A stretch of 64,000 nt of DNA, taken from positions 113,755 to 177,754 of the forward strand of contig CAVPHL010000002.1 of the NCBI GenBank assembly GCA_963704225.1, in the 5' to 3' direction. The notes under the pieces were generated by a model. It had not been told where the DNA came from. It did no database searches and was given only the letters and a program-made list of their open reading frames with translations. Source of the stretch: an uncultured Actinomycetota bacterium (GTDB taxonomy: Bacteria; Actinomycetota; Actinomycetes; Propionibacteriales; Propionibacteriaceae). How positions within the stretch are numbered: the first letter of the stretch is position 1; each line of letters opens with the position of its first letter. Below are positions 57,839 to 64,000 of the stretch, piece by piece. The position numbers and the translations under genes were made by a program.

Positions 57839-59281
57839 ATGAGCTCCACAGCCCCCACAGCGCCCGGACTCGGCGCCACCCAGGAACAGCACCTGGAGGC
57901 GCTGGGCAGCTACCAGTACGGCTGGCGGGACTCCGACGTCGCCGGGCTGGGTGCCCGGCGCGGCCTGACCGAGGACGTGGTGCGGAACATCTCCGCCCTG
58001 AAGGACGAGCCGGAGTGGATGCTGCAGACCCGGTTGAAGGGGCTGAAGCTGTTCGAACGCAAGCCGATGCCGGCCTGGGGCGCCGACCTGTCCGGGATCG
58101 ACTTCGACAACATCAAGTACTTCGTCCGCTCCACCGAGAAGCAGGCCCAGACCTGGGAGGACCTGCCCGACGACATCAAGCGCACCTACGACCGGCTGGG
58201 CATCCCGGAGGCCGAGAAGATGCGGCTGGTCGCCGGGGTGGCCGCCCAGTACGAGTCCGAGGTGGTCTACCACAAGATCAACGAGGAGCTCGAACGCCAG
58301 GGCGTGGTCTTCCTCGACACCGACACGGCGCTGCGGGAACACCCCGAGCTGTTCGAGGAGTACTTCGCCTCCGTGATCCCGGTGGGCGACAACAAGTTCG
58401 CGGCACTCAACACCTCGGTGTGGTCGGGTGGCTCATTCGTCTACGTGCCGAAGGGGGTGCACGTCGCCATCCCGCTGCAGGCCTACTTCCGGATCAACAC
58501 CGAGAACATGGGCCAGTTCGAGCGGACGCTGATCATCGCCGACGAGGGCTCCTACGTGCACTACGTCGAGGGCTGCACCGCGCCGATCTACTCCTCGGAC
58601 TCGCTGCACTCCGCGGTGGTGGAGATCATCGTGAAGAAGAACGCCCGGGTGCGCTACACGACCATCCAGAACTGGTCGACCAACGTGTACAACCTGGTCA
58701 CCAAGCGCGCCACCTGCGCCGAGGGGGCCACCATGGAATGGATCGACGGCAACATCGGCTCCAAGGTCACCATGAAGTACCCGGCGGTCTACCTGCTCGG
58801 TGAGCACTCCCGCGGCGAGACGCTCAGCATCGCCTTCGCCGGCGAGGGCCAGCACCAGGACGCCGGTTCGAAGATGGTGCACGCCGCGCCCTACACCTCC
58901 AGTTCGATCATCTCCAAGTCGGTGGCGCGCGGCGGTGGCCGGGCGTCCTACCGCGGGCTGGTGCAGGTGCAGGACGGGGCCCACCACTCGGCGAGTTCGG
59001 TGAAGTGCGACGCCCTGCTGGTCGACACCGTGTCCCGGTCCGACACCTACCCCTACGTGGACGTCCGGGAGGACGACGTGTCGATGGCCCACGAGGCCAC
59101 CGTCTCCAAGGTGAGCGACGACCAGCTCTTCTACCTGATGAGCCGTGGCATGGGCGAGGACGAGGCGATGGCGATGATCGTCCGTGGCTTCGTGGAGCCG
59201 ATCGCCCGGGAGCTGCCGATGGAGTACGCCCTTGAACTCAACCGGTTGATTGAGCTGCAGATGGAAGGGGCCGTGGGCTGA
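57839..59281 (+). CDS. sufB: Fe-S cluster assembly protein SufB
   Basis: [42 protein letters not shown]. No intein. Confidence 0.97.
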   Translation: MSSTAPTAPGLGATQEQHLEALGSYQYGWRDSDVAGLGARRGLTEDVVRNISALKDEPEWMLQTRLKGLKLFERKPMPAWGADLSGIDFDNIKYFVRSTEKQAQTWEDLPDDIKRTYDRLGIPEAEKMRLVAGVAAQYESEVVYHKINEELERQGVVFLDTDTALREHPELFEEYFASVIPVGDNKFAALNTSVWSGGSFVYVPKGVHVAIPLQAYFRINTENMGQFERTLIIADEGSYVHYVEGCTAPIYSSDSLHSAVVEIIVKKNARVRYTTIQNWSTNVYNLVTKRATCAEGATMEWIDGNIGSKVTMKYPAVYLLGEHSRGETLSIAFAGEGQHQDAGSKMVHAAPYTSSSIISKSVARGGGRASYRGLVQVQDGAHHSASSVKCDALLVDTVSRSDTYPYVDVREDDVSMAHEATVSKVSDDQLFYLMSRGMGEDEAMAMIVRGFVEPIARELPMEYALELNRLIELQMEGAVG

Positions 59282-59313
59282 GCCCGCGGCCACGCGAACC
59301 GAGAAAGAGAACC

Positions 59314-60495
59314 GTGACTGCTGTTCCCCACATCGCCGAGGCGCTGGAGACCCGTGTCGAGTCCCACCTGCACCCCGTGCCCTCCTTCGATCTTGCCGAC
59401 CATCCGGTGCCCAGCGGCCGCGAGGAGGTGTGGCGGTTCACCCCGCTGCGCCGGCTCCGCGGACTGCTGGACGGCGACCCCAGCGACGCCCACCTCGCCC
59501 GGACCGCGACCCTGCCGGACGGGGTGGTGCTGCGGGAGATCAGCACCGCGGAGGCGGTGGACCTCGGCGTGCCTCCTCCCGTCGACCGTCCCTCCGCCCT
59601 GGCGGTGGCCCGCGCCGGCGGGGCGATCCTGGTCGAGGTGCCGGCCGGACGGGAGCTCGCCGAGCCGGCCGTGATCGAGCTGACCGGTGCTGGCGCCGAC
59701 CATCAGGTCTACGGCCAGCTGGTGTTCCGGATCGGCGCGCATGCCTCGGCCACGATCGTGCTGCGGCACCTGGGCCTGGCCCGGTACGCCTCCAGCGTGT
59801 CGGTGCTCGTGGGCGAGGGGGCCAACCTCAACTTCGTCAACCTTCAGGACTGGGCCGACGACGCGGTCCACGCCGGCCATGTGGGCCTGCGGATCGGCCG
59901 GGACGCGCACGTCCGCACGGTCACCGCCAGTCTCGGCGGCGACCTCGTCCGGCTGGTGGAGACCGCCGAGTACGACGGTCCCGGTGGCGAGCTGGAACAG
60001 TTCGGCCTGTACTTCGTCGACGCCGGCCAGCACATCGAGCACCGGCTGTTCGTCGACCACAACGCTCCGCGCACCCGCAGCCACGTCGACTACCGCGGCG
60101 CCCTCCAGGGGGCCGGCGCGCACTCGGTCTGGGTGGGCGACGTGCTGATCCGCAAGGTGGCCGAGGGCATCAACACCTACGAGACCAACAAGAACCTGGT
60201 GCTCACCGACGGCTGCCGCGCCGACTCGGTGCCGAACCTGGAGATCGAGACCGGCGAGATCGAGGGGGCCGGGCACTCCTCGACCACCGGCCGGTTCGAT
60301 GACGAGCAGCTGTTCTACCTCCGTTCCCGGGGCATCCCCGAGGACGAGGCGCGACGCCTGGTGGTGCGCGGCTTCTTCTCCGACATCATCCGCCGGATCG
60401 GAGTCACCGAGGTCGAGGCCCGGCTGATGGCCACGGTCGAGAAGGAGCTCGAGGTGATCATCGGCACGCCCACGACGACAGGGGTGGCCCGTTGA
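59314..60495 (+). CDS. sufD: Fe-S cluster assembly protein SufD
   Basis: EVWRFT, PNLEIE, GH..T.GRFD.EQLFYL.SRGI. Confidence 0.95.
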   Translation: MTAVPHIAEALETRVESHLHPVPSFDLADHPVPSGREEVWRFTPLRRLRGLLDGDPSDAHLARTATLPDGVVLREISTAEAVDLGVPPPVDRPSALAVARAGGAILVEVPAGRELAEPAVIELTGAGADHQVYGQLVFRIGAHASATIVLRHLGLARYASSVSVLVGEGANLNFVNLQDWADDAVHAGHVGLRIGRDAHVRTVTASLGGDLVRLVETAEYDGPGGELEQFGLYFVDAGQHIEHRLFVDHNAPRTRSHVDYRGALQGAGAHSVWVGDVLIRKVAEGINTYETNKNLVLTDGCRADSVPNLEIETGEIEGAGHSSTTGRFDDEQLFYLRSRGIPEDEARRLVVRGFFSDIIRRIGVTEVEARLMATVEKELEVIIGTPTTTGVAR

Positions 60496-60827
60496 GTTTC
60501 GTCCGCGCCTGCGCGCTCGCCGAGGTCCCGGTGGGGTCGGTGATCGCGGTCGACCTCGGGGGGGACGCCGACATCGCCGTGGCGAACACCGCCGAGGGTC
60601 TCTTCGCGATCCGGGACGTCTGCTCCCATGCCGAGGTGCCGCTCAGTGAGGGCGAGGTCGACGGCTGCGCCCTGGAGTGTTCCATGCACGGCTCCCGGTT
60701 CGACCTGCGCACCGGGTTTCCCCTCGAGCTGCCCGCGACCATGCCCGTCCCGACCTACCCCGTCCGGGTGGACGGGGAATCCGTACTCGTCGATCCCGAC
60801 AACCCGATCCAGACCCAGGAGCGTTAG
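60492..60827 (+). CDS. Rieske-type ferredoxin in the suf operon
   Basis: CSH...CSMHGSRFD. TTG start overlaps the sufD stop. Confidence 0.9.
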   Translation: MSFVRACALAEVPVGSVIAVDLGGDADIAVANTAEGLFAIRDVCSHAEVPLSEGEVDGCALECSMHGSRFDLRTGFPLELPATMPVPTYPVRVDGESVLVDPDNPIQTQER

Positions 60828-60832
60828 AGACC

Positions 60833-61600
60833 ATGTCAGAACTCCGCATCAATGACCTGCACGTCGAGGTCGAGACCGAGAGCGGGCCGAAGGAGATCCT
60901 CAAGGGGGTCAACCTGACCGTCCGCAGCGGCGAGGTCCACGCGATCATGGGTCCGAACGGCTCCGGCAAGTCGACCCTGGCCTACTCGATCGCCGGCCAC
61001 CCGAAGTACACCATCACGTCCGGTTCGGTGACCCTCGACGGCGTCGAACTCACCCACCTGAAGGTCGATGAGCGGGCCCGGGCCGGGCTCTTCCTGGCCA
61101 TGCAGTACCCGATCGAGGTGCCGGGCGTCTCGGTGGCGAACTTCCTGCGGACCGCCAAGACCGCGCTCTCCGGCGAAGCCCCGAAGGTGCGCACCTGGGT
61201 GAAGGAGGTCAACGCGGCTCTGGAACGGATCGGCCTCGACGGCACCTTCGCGGCGCGCTCGCTGAACGAAGGGTTCTCCGGCGGGGAGAAGAAGCGCAAC
61301 GAGATCGCCCAACTGGAACTCCTCAACCCGAAGTTCGCGATCCTCGACGAGACCGACTCCGGCCTCGACATCGACGCCCTGCGGATCGTCTCGGAGGGGA
61401 TCAACCGCTACACCGCCCAGAGCGACCGGGGCCTGCTGCTGATCACCCACTACACGAGGATCCTGAACTACATCAAGCCCGACTTCGTGCACGTGTTCGT
61501 CGACGGCCGGATCGCCGAGGAGGGTGGTGCGGAGTTGGCCGACCGACTCGAGCTCGAGGGCTACGACCGCTTCGTGCGCGCGGCCCGGGTCGATGCCTGA
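60833..61600 (+). CDS. sufC: Fe-S assembly ATPase SufC
   Basis: MGPNGSGKST, FSGGEKKR, LDETDSGLD, ITHY. Confidence 0.97.
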   Translation: MSELRINDLHVEVETESGPKEILKGVNLTVRSGEVHAIMGPNGSGKSTLAYSIAGHPKYTITSGSVTLDGVELTHLKVDERARAGLFLAMQYPIEVPGVSVANFLRTAKTALSGEAPKVRTWVKEVNAALERIGLDGTFAARSLNEGFSGGEKKRNEIAQLELLNPKFAILDETDSGLDIDALRIVSEGINRYTAQSDRGLLLITHYTRILNYIKPDFVHVFVDGRIAEEGGAELADRLELEGYDRFVRAARVDA

Positions 61601-62929
61601 GCAATACCCGCCGGTCGAATCCGTCGCGACCGCCGTCCGCGGGGCGACCGACGTCCTCGGGGCCACCGCCCCGGGGGCGGCCTACAACGTCCAGCGGGTC
61701 CGGGGCGATTTCCCGATCCTGGCCCGGCGGGTCGGGGAGTGGCCGCTGGCCTACCTCGACTCGGCCAACACCTCCCAGAAGCCGCGGCGGGTGGTGGAGG
61801 CCGTCGCCCGGCACTACCTGGAGCACAACGCGAATGTGGCTCGCGCCCCGCACACCCTGGGGGGCGAGGCGACTGCGGCCTTCGAGGACGCCCGCCGAAA
61901 GATCGCCGGCTTCATCGGCGCGGCCGGGCCCGAGGAGATCGTGTTCACCAAGAACGCGTCCGAGGCCCTGAACCTGGTCGCCCACACCCTCGGCGGCCGG
62001 TTGTCCGTGGGCGACGAGATCGTGATCTCGGTGCTGGAGCACCACTCCAACATCGTCCCGTGGCAGATGCTCGCCCAGCGCACCGGAGCGGTGCTCCGCT
62101 GGTTCGACGTCACCGAGGACGGCCGCCTCGACCTGGCCAGGGCCGCCGCCGAAGGGTTGATCAACCAGCGCACCCGGATCGTGTCGGTGGCCTGGGTGTC
62201 GAACGTCCTCGGCACGGTCAACCCGGTCGCGGAGATCGCGGCGCTGGCCCACCGGGTCGGCGCGCACGTCGTGGTGGACGGCTCCCAGGGCGTCCCGCAG
62301 CTGCCGACCGACGTGGCGAAGCTCGGCGCGGACCTGATGGCCTTCACCGGCCACAAGATGCTCGGCCCCACGGGTATCGGCGTCCTGTGGGGACGTTACG
62401 GCCTGCTGGAAACCCTGCCGCCTTTCCTCGGCGGGGGGAGATGATCGAGGTGGTCAGGATGAGCGGATCCACCTACGCCGCGCCGCCGCAGCGGTTCGAG
62501 GCGGGGACCCCGCCGATCGCCCAGGCGGTCGGGCTGGCGGCCGCGATCGACTACCTGGAGGCGCTCGGGATGGCGAACGTCGCGGCCCACGAACAGCGGG
62601 TCACGGCCTACGCCCTGGCCCGGCTGAAGCTGGTGGAGGGCGTCAGGATCATCGGGCCGACCGAGGCCGTCGATCGCGGTGGGGCGATCGCCTTCACCCT
62701 GACCGCGGCCGACGGCACCGACGTGCACCCCCACGACGTGATGCAGTTCCTGGACGCGCGCGGGGTCGCCGTCCGCGGCGGACACCACTGCGCGCGTCCC
62801 CTGCACGAGCGGCTGGGACTCACCGCGTCCACCCGGGCCTCGGCCTACCTGTACACCACCGAGGCGGAATTCGACGCCCTCGCCGAGGGCCTGAGCTACG
62901 TCCGCGACTTCTTCGGGGGGAAACGATGA
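61593..62929 (+). CDS. sufS: Cysteine desulfurase SufS (one G missing in run 62433-62438)
   Basis: YLDSANTSQKP, EHHSN, TGHKMLGPTG in the first frame; FEAGTP and RGGHHCA in the second. FLGGGEMI needs 7 G and only 6 are present. Confidence 0.95.
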
Positions 62930-63381
62930 GCGTCGAATCGATGTACGCCGAGATCATCCTGGACCACTACAAGGCCAAGCATCACAGCGGCCTGCGCGAG
63001 CCCTATCAGGCGCAGGTGAGCCATGTGAACCCGACCTGCGGGGATGAGGTGATGCTGCGGGTGGCGCTGGAGGGGGACCGGGTGGTGGACGTGTCCTACG
63101 ACGGCGTCGGCTGCTCGATCTCGCAGGCGTCCACCTCGGTGATGAGCGACCTGGTGATCGGCAAGACGGTGCCGGAGGCGCTCACCCTGCACGCCGAGTT
63201 CACCGAGATGATGCACAGCCAGGGCCGGGCCGAGCCTGACGAAGACCGGTTGGAGGACGCGATCGCCTTCATCGGTGTCGCGCAGTTCCCCGCCCGGGTG
63301 AAGTGCGCCCTGTTGGGCTGGTCGGCGTTCAAGGACGCCGCAGCGCAGGCGCTGGCCGCTGTCGGGAAGGAATCCGCATGA
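62926..63381 (+). CDS. sufU: SufU (NifU-like) sulfur-transfer protein
   Basis: ILDHY, NPTCGD, GCSISQAS, RVKCA. Confidence 0.95.
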   Translation: MSVESMYAEIILDHYKAKHHSGLREPYQAQVSHVNPTCGDEVMLRVALEGDRVVDVSYDGVGCSISQASTSVMSDLVIGKTVPEALTLHAEFTEMMHSQGRAEPDEDRLEDAIAFIGVAQFPARVKCALLGWSAFKDAAAQALAAVGKESA

Positions 63382-63749
63382 CCCAGAACCCCCGTCCCTC
63401 CGACCTGGTCCAGGACACGTTCCCGGACGCGACCCTCGCCAGGCCCAGCGAGGAGGAGGTGCTAGAGGCGATGCGGGACGTCGTCGACCCCGAGCTGATG
63501 GTGAACGTCGTCGACCTGGGCCTGGTCTACGGGGTCACCATCGACGACGAGGTGAACGCGACCGTCGACATGACCCTGACTTCGCCCACCTGCCCGCTCA
63601 CCGACCGGCTGGAGTACGACACCCAGTTGGCCCTGGAGGGACTGGTGAACTCGGTGACGATCAACTGGGTGTGGCTGCCGCCGTGGACGCTGGAGATGAT
63701 CACCGAGGACGGGCGCGAGCAGTTGCGGGCGATCGGCTACAACCTGTAG
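63378..63749 (+). CDS. sufT: SufT/DUF59 metal-sulfur cluster biosynthesis protein
   Basis: DPEL..NVVDLGLVY, TLTSPTCP, PPW. Confidence 0.92.
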   Translation: MTQNPRPSDLVQDTFPDATLARPSEEEVLEAMRDVVDPELMVNVVDLGLVYGVTIDDEVNATVDMTLTSPTCPLTDRLEYDTQLALEGLVNSVTINWVWLPPWTLEMITEDGREQLRAIGYNL

Positions 63750-63778
63750 CCGGCCCCGGTGGCCGGCCCCGGCCGGGC

Positions 63779-64000
63779 TCAGCGCGGCGTCAGGTGCACC
63801 CCGGCCAGCATGCAGCGCACGGAGCCGCCGGCCAGCTCGATGGTGGGGATCGGGAGTGGCAGCAGGGTGGCCGACTGCTCGATCACGGCACGCTGCTGCG
63901 GCGTGAGGGCCGCCGACGCCCGCGCGGAGAGGGCCAGGACGCGTCCGCCGGTCCCGGTCAGTTCGAGGGCGTTGCCGGCGAAATCCGCGACCTGTCCGAA
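63779..64000 (-). CDS. C-terminal fragment of an amidinotransferase-family protein (CtlX-like)
   Basis: Reverse translation FAGNALEL...IPTIELAGGSVRCMLAGVHLTPR*. GGSVRCM is the catalytic-Cys motif of this fold. Start lies outside the window. Confidence 0.8.
   Translation of the reverse strand, partial: FGQVADFAGNALELTGTGGRVLALSARASAALTPQQRAVIEQSATLLPLPIPTIELAGGSVRCMLAGVHLTPR

Noticed and set aside
57839-59281. Intein in sufB (as in some mycobacteria)
   Set aside because: The protein is normal length and continuous through EGCTAP with no insertion.

Overview
High-GC actinobacterial core-genome segment. Gene order and protein style suggest Propionibacteriales, which is an inference. In order it holds: a partial moxR; a complete dcw cluster (mraZ to ftsZ, pgeF, sepF, yggT, divIVA); dksA-like, lspA, rluA, pyk; tRNA-Leu(CAA); pdtaR; polA; rpsA; coaE; uvrB, uvrA, uvrC; rapZ-yvcK-whiA; gap-pgk-tpiA-secG-rbpA; pgl-opcA-zwf; heme o and heme a synthases with an ABC transporter; a membrane pyrophosphatase; the suf operon; and a partial amidinotransferase. 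I see no prophage, IS, integrase, CRISPR or defence island, so no new multi-gene system is supported. The most interesting signals are non-coding or hidden in single genes: (1) an identical CACCTTCCCCGGT loop in the mraW-type RNA hairpin and in a hairpin in the ftsZ leader; (2) PafBC/RecA-NDp-type promoters in front of all three uvr genes; (3) a perfect TCACAGC-N4-TCACAGC box upstream of a Tat-exported Rieske lipoprotein; (4) a divergent-type H+-PPase with an apparent lipobox, placed next to sufR; (5) a 3x79-bp REP-like array before rpsA. Four single-base frameshifts in conserved genes (rluA, uvrB, uvrC, sufS) are most likely assembly errors. All calls are by eye, without database searches.
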